Program-made: the position numbers and the translations under genes | The notes under the pieces: generated by a model | The model's input: the letters and a program-made list of their open reading frames with translations, nothing else | Databases searched by the model: none | What the model was told of the DNA's origin: nothing | Source of the DNA: Tubulanus polymorphus | Lineage: Eukaryota; Animalia; Nemertea | Length of the DNA stretch: 64,000 nt | Assembly (NCBI RefSeq): GCF_964204645.1 | Contig: NC_134032.1 | Location: 4,860,175-4,924,174, forward strand | Direction of reading: 5' to 3' | Shown: one piece after another, positions 10,992-19,962 of the stretch | How positions within the stretch are numbered: the first letter of the stretch is position 1 | Layout of the letters: each line of letters starts with the position of its first letter

Positions 10992-11557
10992 ATGTCTTTA
11001 TTATCTTTAGTACTTTAGTATTTTTAGTATATAAAGAATAAATCTTTATTTTATTAGTAGTGAATAAAATTATTTTTAAAAGTACTAAACTACTAAAGAT
11101 AATAAAGACATAACAAACACTATAGATTTATTATTACTGAATCAAATATATATAATAAATCTGTGAGATAAATAAATCTATGATATTTATTACATCTATA
11201 TATGTTTGTTATATCTTTAATATCTTTAATAGCTTTAATACTTTTAATACATAAAGAATAAATCTTTATTTAATTAATACTTAGAAAAATAAATATATAA
11301 ATAATTTTTATTAATGATAAATCTATGATATATATAATAAATATATATGATAAATAGATTTAATTATAGAAACGGTAATATGTAAAATCCATCAGATGAA
11401 TAAATATAATTATTGAAACAGTGTTATATATATATTTATGTCTTTATTATCTTTAGTAGTTTAGTAGTTTTATAAATAATTTTATTCACTACTAATAAAA
11501 TAAAGATTTATTCTTTATATACTAAAACTACTAAACTACTAAAGACAATAAAGACAC
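10992..11557. repeat. Internal nested inverted repeat between the convergent gene blocks
   Basis: ~120-bp arms at 10992-11111 and 11438-11557 are near-identical in inverted orientation, and each arm is self-complementary at its ends. A partial third copy lies at ~11212-11270. Confidence 0.9.
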
Positions 11558-11583
11558 AAAGGGTATTATATTCATATTTTAAA

Positions 11584-12972
11584 TTACTTTTCTGATTCTA
11601 ATTCTGAAAACAATTTTCTCCATGCATCTCTTAATACTTGCGATCTTCTTTCACCTAATAGTTTAAAATGATAACTATTACCATTCAAACCCTTAACAAA
11701 GAATTCATAAGTTAAATAAATATATTGGTTTAATTTGTCTTCACTTATATTTTTATATTCATTTTTTGCATCATTTCTTATTTTATTTATAACATCCTGT
11801 GAAAAATCTTCATAACTATAGTATTGAATTATTTCATCAAAGTTATCACTTATATTATCATTAACAGCAACTTTTTTCAATTCTGTTAAAAAATCTATAT
11901 TTTTAAATTTTATGAAATAATGTATACTCCAATAATTATTTGAATCAATTTTTATATATAACCGACGAGTTTTTAGATCTAATAATACTTGTTTTGGATT
12001 ATTTCTTACATAATCGATAAAAATTGATCTATATAATTTCCTATGATCATTATTTTCGATATCAAAAAATGCACTTGGTACTCTATAAAGGTTATTTAAA
12101 TCAGCAGCTTTTATTGTATGTTCAAAAGAATTATCATGTTTAATTCTATCTTTAGGTAATACAACAACATTGCACTTTTCACATATATTTCTTTCTATAT
12201 TACCCAAATGTATCTGTGTTAATTTATGCTTTGAAAAATTACTACGACTTATATATTTATCACATTCTTCACAATATTTATCTTCTTTAACATTATCATT
12301 ATCAATTTCACTATCATTATCCAATTCATTTAAAATCTTATTCTTATTTTTCTTATGCTTGAGTGAATTAAGATGAGTTGCCCAATTCTTATAACTTTTA
12401 TACTGTTTACATACGTCACAATATTTTTCATTTGTCTTTTTTGATTCAATATCATATGTAGAGGGTATATTATAAGATACATATCCTGTTACATCTTCTA
12501 TTTTATATTTAATATCATTCTTATCTTCTATTTTAGTTTCAATATCATCTTCTATTTTATATTCAATATCATTCTTATCTTCTATTTTATATTCAATATC
12601 ATTCTTATCTTCTATTTTATATTCAATATCATTCTTATCTTCTATTTTAGTTTCAATATTCTCTTTTATTTTATATTCAATATCATTCTTATCTTCTATT
12701 TTAGGTTCAATATTATTATCTATTTTTGTTTCAATATTATCTTTTATTTTAGGTTCAATATTATCTTTTATTTTAGGTTCAATATTTTCTTCTATTTTTG
12801 TATCAATATTATTATTACGTTCAATTAAATATTCTTTGTATTGATTTAATTCATTTAATAAAAATGTTCCAATATATTCATTTATTCTTTTATAAGGTAT
12901 TACATAATACAAATCATCATTGATTTCTTTATCAGCTTTGATTCTTTCATATACTTTACCTCCTCCTTCCAT
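11584..12972 (-). CDS. Zinc-finger protein with acidic tandem repeats
   Basis: Three CxxC..H..H fingers (YCDVC, YCEEC, ICEKC); IEDKNDIEYK and IEPKIKDN repeats. Confidence 0.8.
   Translation of the reverse strand: MEGGGKVYERIKADKEINDDLYYVIPYKRINEYIGTFLLNELNQYKEYLIERNNNIDTKIEENIEPKIKDNIEPKIKDNIETKIDNNIEPKIEDKNDIEYKIKENIETKIEDKNDIEYKIEDKNDIEYKIEDKNDIEYKIEDDIETKIEDKNDIKYKIEDVTGYVSYNIPSTYDIESKKTNEKYCDVCKQYKSYKNWATHLNSLKHKKNKNKILNELDNDSEIDNDNVKEDKYCEECDKYISRSNFSKHKLTQIHLGNIERNICEKCNVVVLPKDRIKHDNSFEHTIKAADLNNLYRVPSAFFDIENNDHRKLYRSIFIDYVRNNPKQVLLDLKTRRLYIKIDSNNYWSIHYFIKFKNIDFLTELKKVAVNDNISDNFDEIIQYYSYEDFSQDVINKIRNDAKNEYKNISEDKLNQYIYLTYEFFVKGLNGNSYHFKLLGERRSQVLRDAWRKLFSELESEK
12490..12810 (-). repeat. 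In-frame 24/30-bp coding tandem repeats
   Basis: ATTCTTATCTTCTATTTTATATTCAATATC units and 24-bp variants. Confidence 0.85.
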
Positions 12973-13004
12973 TTATTATATATATTTTTATTAAAGTTAA
13001 AATT

Positions 13005-14252
13005 TTAATACATAACACTATCTAATTGTGAATTTACAATATTTAATTGCGCGTCAGATATAATATAAAGGTGCATTTTAAAATTTTTGATTCCCTTTTT
13101 CTTTGTCATGAATAATTGTATTCCATCTTTTGTATTTTGTAGTTTTTTTCCAGAACCATGTAATGAATTATCTTCAGTTGTTCTAAAATCTAACCATAAT
13201 GCATATTTATTACCGGTATAATAATCAATTTGATTAATGTTACAATTTTCAAATGATTTTACTTTTTCATTCATAAAATGTTTTTTAATTTCTACCCATT
13301 GATCTATCATTCTCATTCCTTGACAAAATATTTTATTCGCTATTCCTTCGATAGTTATTTCTACTTTTGTTATTTCAGGATTATAATAATTGTCAACATT
13401 TATTGCGCCATTAGTATACGTTCCAATGGTAAAAAATATTAATATACCTTTAATAGATCTTCTAGGAAAGTTAATATTCTCATTTATTATTTCATCATTT
13501 GCATTAATAGTTACAGTTTTAAATTTATCAATATAATCATATAATAATGAAAATCCTTGATTGTATTTAGTTTGAATTATACTTGAAATATTTTCATCAG
13601 TTACTGTATCATATTCTAAACATATATTCGATAATTTATAACTCATATCTTTATTAACGCTAGATATTACAATTTCATTTACAGGAGCAAATGTTATCTC
13701 AAATATAATATCTTCTTGAATTGCGTATTTATATAAAGGTGCATTATTATTTATCAATTCAAAGTCTAATGGAATTTTATATTTGCTTCCATATATACTT
13801 TTTATCAATTTATCTACATCATTAGTTAATATTGCGCTATTAGCTTCTGATCTTAATTTATTTTGGTTTTCTGATTGGATTCCTTGAAATATCATATTAT
13901 TTCTATTTTCTTTAGTTAACCATAAATCTTTATAGTGCATAAATAAATTATAATCATCTAATGAGAAAACTGTTTCTGGACCAATCTTTATTGTTAACTT
14001 TTTAATCAAATATCTTCCAACATTATCAACGACATAATTATTATTATTACCGATTACTTTTATATCGGCTGATAAATAAATACTGTTTGGAACATAAAAA
14101 GTATTTTGTGTTAATCTCGGAATTCTAACGTATAAAGTTTCATCGGGATTAATATTTGAAGGGTTATGAGTAATTATATGATGTGATCTTTCTGCTTTAA
14201 TAGCATTAGATATTCTATGATTCTTAGAAGGATTGATATAACTCCCACTCAT
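13005..14252 (-). CDS. Putative major capsid protein (double jelly-roll)
   Basis: 415 aa, beta-rich; motifs NVGRYLIKKLTIKIG, YKIPLDF, NENINFPRRSIKGILIFF, YALWLDFR; highly conserved in copy 2. The fold is inferred, not computed. Confidence 0.78.
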   Translation of the reverse strand: MSGSYINPSKNHRISNAIKAERSHHIITHNPSNINPDETLYVRIPRLTQNTFYVPNSIYLSADIKVIGNNNNYVVDNVGRYLIKKLTIKIGPETVFSLDDYNLFMHYKDLWLTKENRNNMIFQGIQSENQNKLRSEANSAILTNDVDKLIKSIYGSKYKIPLDFELINNNAPLYKYAIQEDIIFEITFAPVNEIVISSVNKDMSYKLSNICLEYDTVTDENISSIIQTKYNQGFSLLYDYIDKFKTVTINANDEIINENINFPRRSIKGILIFFTIGTYTNGAINVDNYYNPEITKVEITIEGIANKIFCQGMRMIDQWVEIKKHFMNEKVKSFENCNINQIDYYTGNKYALWLDFRTTEDNSLHGSGKKLQNTKDGIQLFMTKKKGIKNFKMHLYIISDAQLNIVNSQLDSVMY

Positions 14253-14271
14253 TTATTTAACAAAAAAATTA
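14250..14271 (-). promoter_or_regulatory. Example of late-like motif TAA-T7-N6-TAAATG (MCP gene); also at starts 15990, 17308, 17759, 18201, 18447, 18803 and in copy 2
   Basis: The T-tract begins exactly 13 nt before TAAATG in all seven genes. Promoter function is inferred. Confidence 0.65.
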
Positions 14272-14295
14272 ATTATTAATTTTTGATATCATGGT

Positions 14296-15990
14296 TTACT
14301 TGATATTTTTTGATATCATATTTACTAACCCAAAAATAATAGCACTTACAACTGTAATTAAAAATAAAATAATATGTTCAGCAGCAAAGTTAATAATGTT
14401 TCCTGCAGATTTCAATATAAAACCAACAATTGATGCAATAACTCCTGGTAATGCTGCAGCAGATTTTTTAGATAGTTCCCATAAATATTTTGCTAATTTC
14501 TTTAAACCATCTTTAACTTTATCTTGTATAGAATTATTTCCTGGAGTTTTATCTGGTTTATTGGGAGTAGGAGTAGATTTTAAAGCATTTGATATTGCTA
14601 AACCAATTGTTGTAAATAACATAGTTACAGATGTTAGAATTGAAAGAATTGTTATACCTTCTAATTTAAATAATAATTTTATTCTATCTTTTAATGATAT
14701 TTCAGAATCTGGTTTAATCAACAAATCTTTAAAAATAACTTTTAATTTTTTAATATGATTAAGATCATATGATTTTAATAATATATCTCTTTCTTCTTTT
14801 TGTAATTTTATGTTATATTCTAAATCATCTATTTCTTTTACTAAAGCTAACTTTCTGCTTTCAAAATCATAAATTACTTGATGATTTCTATTTAATTCTA
14901 ATTGTTTTAATTCTTCATCTACATTAACTAATTCTTTTTCTAACAAGGTTATTTTAGAAAATCTCATCTTAATATTAGCAATTTCATCAGCTGATACTTG
15001 TATACCTTTAATTTCTCTACGTATTTGTTCAGGAAATGCTTCTAATTCTTCATCAGTTAAATTAAGAAATCCTTTTTCTAGTAAATATTGCAGTCGATTT
15101 ATTCCAGTTTCAGAACCAGATGTATCTGATATACTATTCATCAGTTCTTCTGAATCTCTTAATCTATCAATTTGTTTTTCTAATTGTAATTTACTTGAAT
15201 AATTATCAATTTGTTGAGTGTCTCTTCTCGATGTTTCGGGTGTTGAAGATCTCAATCTATCTAATCGATTTCTATTCTCTTCCATTTCTTGATCAAAATC
15301 AGTAGGATTTGGATTTGGATTTTTAAATGGATTTTTAAATGGTGAATATTTGTTTATATCAATTTTAGGAATTGGTTCTTCTTCATTTATTCTATCGAGT
15401 GCATTCCATATAATTCTGAGAAATTCTCTACCACCTTTTGAATTTTCAATTGTAGATGTTGCTCGCATTTCAGGTTCAAAAATATTTTCTTGTTCCATTT
15501 TAGATAATTGAATTGTTACAATATTCCTATTTAAATCAAGATTATAATACCATGCATCATTTTTAAATTCTAAATTATTTGTGAAATATGGGTCATCTTT
15601 AAAAATTTGTTCTACAACATCTTCAGTATCAATTTCATCTGTTACAACTGATGGTAATAATTCGTTAACAATTGCATCTGTTACTCTAGATTTCAATAAA
15701 TATAATTCTTCTTTCAATTCAGGATCAGTTGTATTTTCTAATCCATTCATTAAATTTTTTCTTTCTATTCTAGTTGTAATTATACCCCTTTCAGGAGCTT
15801 CTAAATATTTTTTAAATTTTTCACGTAATTCGGGATCAATATCATAATCTTCACCTAAATTAGTATTATATGCTGATTCATTATCATTATCGATATTATC
15901 ACCTGCATCATTATAATCATCATCAATATATCCTTCATTATCATTTCCCATGTCATCCAATGGAATATTTTCTACACCTTCTACATCCAT
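14296..15990 (-). CDS. Acidic/coiled-coil protein with C-terminal multi-segment membrane region
   Basis: EGITILSILTSVTMLFTTIGLAI, AAALPGVIASIVGFIL, IILFLITVVSAIIFGLV. Confidence 0.8.
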   Translation of the reverse strand: MDVEGVENIPLDDMGNDNEGYIDDDYNDAGDNIDNDNESAYNTNLGEDYDIDPELREKFKKYLEAPERGIITTRIERKNLMNGLENTTDPELKEELYLLKSRVTDAIVNELLPSVVTDEIDTEDVVEQIFKDDPYFTNNLEFKNDAWYYNLDLNRNIVTIQLSKMEQENIFEPEMRATSTIENSKGGREFLRIIWNALDRINEEEPIPKIDINKYSPFKNPFKNPNPNPTDFDQEMEENRNRLDRLRSSTPETSRRDTQQIDNYSSKLQLEKQIDRLRDSEELMNSISDTSGSETGINRLQYLLEKGFLNLTDEELEAFPEQIRREIKGIQVSADEIANIKMRFSKITLLEKELVNVDEELKQLELNRNHQVIYDFESRKLALVKEIDDLEYNIKLQKEERDILLKSYDLNHIKKLKVIFKDLLIKPDSEISLKDRIKLLFKLEGITILSILTSVTMLFTTIGLAISNALKSTPTPNKPDKTPGNNSIQDKVKDGLKKLAKYLWELSKKSAAALPGVIASIVGFILKSAGNIINFAAEHIILFLITVVSAIIFGLVNMISKNIK

Positions 15991-16006
15991 TTACATAATA
16001 AAAAAA

Positions 16007-17308
16007 TTAAAATTTAAAATATAATATTCCACCGATTACAATTCCTATACAAGTTATAGCTAATTTAGTATTTTCATGTGATTTATTATCATCATTTAGT
16101 TTAATTATATCATGTTGAATAATATCAGTTTTTATATCTTCTGATGTATTGTAATCTTTTATTTTAGAATCATTATTTAATTTAATATTCTTAGTTTTAG
16201 TTTCAGTTGATTGAATATGTTTTTTATTTTTTTCACCTTCCATTAATTTTGGAGCAGTAATAATCTTTTTATTTATATCATTTAATCCAAATGAATTATT
16301 TATTGTTGCAGTTTTAATTAGATTATTATAACCAATTATGTTTCCCATCTTTAATACTAAATCATTAGAAATAATTAATAGATTAGGGCCTATACAATAA
16401 TTAAGTCTTACATGAGATTTATCTAAATAATTTTGATATCTTATAATGTTTTCTGGAATCGATCTATTTTTATCATTATGTATGGAATCTTCAAATAAAA
16501 CTTTAAACTGTTTCTGCGCATCGAATGAAGTGTTATCATTTCCAATTATTGGGGATCTTGTTTCAACTTGGGCGCCTAAAATACATATCAAATAAATTCT
16601 AATAGATTGATTTATTCTTTGTATACCTGATTTTGTAAAACCTTCACCATTTTCTAAAATGAAATTAACCCAACCATTATTATTATCAATTTTATAATTA
16701 TGATAAGCTCCAATTCTATGCATATAATCAATTCTTTTTATTTCAAACTCTTCACCAACACCTTGCAATTTACCATGCGCTCTAAAATCGGAATTAATAT
16801 TTATATTAAATTCATTACATATTTTATAAAACTTGGATATATTAATATTATTATCCAATTCTTTAAAATATTTAGACCCGGGTAAAGGACATTCTAATTC
16901 ATTTAATATTATTCTGATTTGAAAATATGTGTGAAATCTAAATATTGTGTGAATTAATTTTAAATCAGAATACTTCAAATTTTTATCTAAGTTATTTAAA
17001 TGATCATTCCAACTAATTCCACATCCTGTTGTTGCACAATAAACAGCAAAATTTAATTGGTTCTGCCAATACTTCATATTAGATTTTACTTTATATTTAT
17101 GATATTCATCTCGAGTAAAAGTAACTTCATATGTATTAAATATATTTTCCATTTTAGAAATAAAAAACTGTGATTCATTAACATAAATTTCTAAATTAGT
17201 TAATGAATTTAAAACTATATTTTTATATGTAATATTTTTCTTAAAATCTATTGCCGGAATATTATATTTAATTGATTTATTATATTGGAAAGCTTTTGGA
17301 AACCCCAT
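16007..17308 (-). CDS. Conserved hypothetical protein with C-terminal membrane anchor
   Basis: YWQNQLNFAVYCATTGCGIS, FRFHTYFQIR, ILGAQ; terminal LAITCIGIVIGGILYF; homologue at 32628-33922. Confidence 0.8.
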   Translation of the reverse strand: MGFPKAFQYNKSIKYNIPAIDFKKNITYKNIVLNSLTNLEIYVNESQFFISKMENIFNTYEVTFTRDEYHKYKVKSNMKYWQNQLNFAVYCATTGCGISWNDHLNNLDKNLKYSDLKLIHTIFRFHTYFQIRIILNELECPLPGSKYFKELDNNINISKFYKICNEFNININSDFRAHGKLQGVGEEFEIKRIDYMHRIGAYHNYKIDNNNGWVNFILENGEGFTKSGIQRINQSIRIYLICILGAQVETRSPIIGNDNTSFDAQKQFKVLFEDSIHNDKNRSIPENIIRYQNYLDKSHVRLNYCIGPNLLIISNDLVLKMGNIIGYNNLIKTATINNSFGLNDINKKIITAPKLMEGEKNKKHIQSTETKTKNIKLNNDSKIKDYNTSEDIKTDIIQHDIIKLNDDNKSHENTKLAITCIGIVIGGILYFKF

Positions 17309-17348
17309 TTATATAACTAAAAAATTAATAATTTATTAATTCTTTTAA

Positions 17349-17759
17349 TTATTTATCTTGTTCTTCAACTGTTATATGACCATTTAAACTTATTATATAA
17401 TCTAGTGTGTTCTTTAATTTATTAATTTCTTTTATATTAGTTTTGATTTTTTCTTTATTACTTTTTATATTTAATTTTGAACTTATACCAGTTAAAACAC
17501 TTGAACTTAATCCTAACACACCAATTGATATAGCTAAAGGTGTTAATGGACTGAATATTGCTAGAAATGTTATTACAGAACTAATTGTAACCGAACCACT
17601 TATAATCAAATAATATATAATTTTACTTTTTAAATATTTTTTCTTTTTTATCTTTAAGTCACTTTCGAATTCTAATATTTGTTTTTCTAAATATGTTTTT
17701 AATTTAGTTTTATTTATATCATGAGGAATAATATCAATACTATCAACTTTATCTTCCAT
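17349..17759 (-). CDS. Small two-TM protein (slightly shortened by a TTA>TAA change relative to copy 2)
   Basis: Hydrophobic hairpin IIYYLIISGSVTISSVITFLAIF..LAISIGVLGL; homologue at 32175-32656. Confidence 0.75.
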   Translation of the reverse strand: MEDKVDSIDIIPHDINKTKLKTYLEKQILEFESDLKIKKKKYLKSKIIYYLIISGSVTISSVITFLAIFSPLTPLAISIGVLGLSSSVLTGISSKLNIKSNKEKIKTNIKEINKLKNTLDYIISLNGHITVEEQDK

Positions 17760-17778
17760 TTATTTAGAATAAAAATTA

Positions 17779-18201
17779 CTAATTAGTAAACTTATAAGCA
17801 ACAAATATAACAATAACTGTTCCACCCAAAATCCAAATTATTTCATATTTCTGTTGTTCTTTACTCGGGGTATAATAATCTGATAATTTAGGTTTGTATA
17901 GATGTAATTTTTCTTTATTGGTTACCGCGTTATATAAACTCATTGCATCATCAACTGATTGAAAATCTCTATGTGAAATCTTCTGATCATATAATTCTTT
18001 ATTGATGTAATCCATATAGTTTTGTCTCTTTTCTCTATATTCTTCTGCATCTTTATTATATTTCTCTAACGCTAAATTATGTCTTTTTTGTTCTGTTAAT
18101 GATCCATTTTTATCAATATGTTTAAATAAATAACCACCACCAGTAAATGCTAAAGCGTTAACAATTGCTGATCCTATAATAGTTATAATTGCAGAAGCCA
18201 T
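17779..18201 (-). CDS. Small protein with N- and C-terminal hydrophobic segments
   Basis: MASAIITIIGSAIVNALAFTGGGYLF..EQKRHNLALEKY..IIWILGGTVIVIFVAY; near-identical homologue at 31730-32155. Confidence 0.8.
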   Translation of the reverse strand: MASAIITIIGSAIVNALAFTGGGYLFKHIDKNGSLTEQKRHNLALEKYNKDAEEYREKRQNYMDYINKELYDQKISHRDFQSVDDAMSLYNAVTNKEKLHLYKPKLSDYYTPSKEQQKYEIIWILGGTVIVIFVAYKFTN

Positions 18202-18225
18202 TTATTTAGCAAAAAAATTATGTAT

Positions 18226-18447
18226 TTATATGGGAGGAATATATTTTTGTTTTTCCAAATAATCAATAGTTAAATTAGATAAAGTAACTGCTAATGTTAA
18301 CTTTAAAATATCATTGATATCAAATCTATCAACATTAACACTTCCCATTTTGAATACTTTTTTTAATACCATTGAATAACCAACAGTTCCAACTGATAGT
18401 AATGCGCCATTATATAATCCAGTTATTATCCACTTATTATCACTCAT
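18226..18447 (-). CDS. Small hydrophobic protein (73 aa)
   Basis: Differs by only 2 aa from 31484-31705 despite many synonymous changes. Confidence 0.8.
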   Translation of the reverse strand: MSDNKWIITGLYNGALLSVGTVGYSMVLKKVFKMGSVNVDRFDINDILKLTLAVTLSNLTIDYLEKQKYIPPI

Positions 18448-18803
18448 TTATTTATCAAAAAAATTACTATCTTCAAAATATTTAGTAACTTATTTATGAT
18501 TAATTCAACATTTATTTCATTATTAGTTTCATTTGTATATATTTCAATTATTATTTTTTTAATATCATCAATGATAAAATCTTCATGTAATTCATAAAAT
18601 CTTAAAGATTCTCTAATTAAATTAGTAATCTTTTCTACATTTAAAGTTTCTTTATCTATTGTTGTTTCATACTCAAATGTTGTTTCATTAGAAAATGCAA
18701 TATTTTTGATATGTGTTATTACATCATTAATGTTAAATTTCATTTCTTTCTCACGTTTAAAATCAAATCCAAAACATATACTCGGTCCAACAGTTATATT
18801 CAT
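18444..18803 (-). CDS. Hypothetical protein
   Basis: TAAATG start; homologue at 31128-31487. Confidence 0.75.
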   Translation of the reverse strand: MNITVGPSICFGFDFKREKEMKFNINDVITHIKNIAFSNETTFEYETTIDKETLNVEKITNLIRESLRFYELHEDFIIDDIKKIIIEIYTNETNNEINVELIINKLLNILKIVIFLINK

Positions 18804-18819
18804 TTATATATCAAAAAAA

Positions 18820-19575
18820 TTACTCTTTACATCTTATAACTAATTCATATATCACAGGAAAGTTATTTAAATCAATTAAGTATCCATTATGATTTCTTAT
18901 TTCTAATTTAAAATTATTAAATTTAGGAATGCATGGTTTAAAATCACATTCTGTTAAATTATAATTTATTTGAGTTCCAAATTGTTTAACATTTTTTAGT
19001 GGTAAAATATTTAGTATACTAGAATTACAAATTGTTTCTTTAGTTGCTTCGTAAGTTTTTGTAGGCTCTATTAAATTGCAATAAATATAAAAGTGTGTAA
19101 AAGGTATTATATTTGAGCTGCCTTCTGCGTTTCCAGTAACTGTAAGTGGTTTAATTCCTAACATTTTAGCCAGTGGTTTGTTTACCATAAATTTATGTTG
19201 TTCATTAGATATCTTTATTCTTATTTTATTAGTACTATCAATTTTATTAAATTTAATTTCAAATACAGAACTACCCCCGATTTTCAACCGAGCTCTTCTA
19301 TTAATTTCCTGCGCTAATGATTCTAAATTATATAATCCTGGTTTTAAAAATATATGAAACCATTTATCTTTATTTCTCATATAAATCATAAACCCTCTAT
19401 GTTCAAAAGTTTTATCCGATACATTGTAAAAAGAATTACATAAACTTATATTAACTAATTTTAAATCTACACAATTCTTAAATTCTCTATCTAATTGTAC
19501 TAGTAAATTATGAGATTTATAATTTGTAAGCCTTCTAGAATCAACAAATATTCTGTATTCTTTTAATTCTACCAT
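18820..19575 (-). CDS. Putative minor capsid protein (penton, single jelly-roll)
   Basis: IFVDSR, NISLCNSFYNV, PGLYN, FYIYCNLIE, ILNILPL, KLEIRNHNGYLIDLNN..YELVIR; this motif series is typical of Polinton mCP. Confidence 0.78.
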   Translation of the reverse strand: MVELKEYRIFVDSRRLTNYKSHNLLVQLDREFKNCVDLKLVNISLCNSFYNVSDKTFEHRGFMIYMRNKDKWFHIFLKPGLYNLESLAQEINRRARLKIGGSSVFEIKFNKIDSTNKIRIKISNEQHKFMVNKPLAKMLGIKPLTVTGNAEGSSNIIPFTHFYIYCNLIEPTKTYEATKETICNSSILNILPLKNVKQFGTQINYNLTECDFKPCIPKFNNFKLEIRNHNGYLIDLNNFPVIYELVIRCKE

Positions 19576-19592
19576 TTATTTTACATATTTTC

Positions 19593-19934
19593 TTATTCGA
19601 AATCTATTTCATGGTGCCCTTTTTCATTCTTACCTTTATATACGAAATAGAAATCTCCAGAACATAATTCTTCTAAATCTTCACTTGATAATCTATGAAA
19701 TCTATCTGGTAAATAAGTTCTGAATTTATGTGTATTTCCTTTTAATCCTTCATATTCTAAATGAATTATTAATTTATCTCCATATTTGTTAGTAACTGTA
19801 ACAATATTTGTAATTAAATATTTCTTGTGAATTGTTAACTCAGTTAGTTTTTTGAATTTATAATCTACAGATTTTACATTTGTGGTATCTTTAATTCTAT
19901 CTAAGAATTCATTGTGTACTTGTTTACTCTCCAT
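19593..19934 (-). CDS. Hypothetical protein, possible OB-fold ssDNA-binding protein
   Basis: FKKLTEL..KKYLIT..TNKYGDKLIIHLE..RTYLPDRF; adjacent to pPolB. The fold is inferred. Confidence 0.55.
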   Translation of the reverse strand: MESKQVHNEFLDRIKDTTNVKSVDYKFKKLTELTIHKKYLITNIVTVTNKYGDKLIIHLEYEGLKGNTHKFRTYLPDRFHRLSSEDLEELCSGDFYFVYKGKNEKGHHEIDFE

Positions 19935-19962
19935 TTATTATACAAATTTTTATTGAAATTTA

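Noticed and set aside
14291-14758. Antisense ORFs over Polinton, LINE and transposase genes (e.g. 14291, 15581, 7321, 48688)
   Set aside because: Shadow frames of real genes, with no motifs or TAAATG starts.
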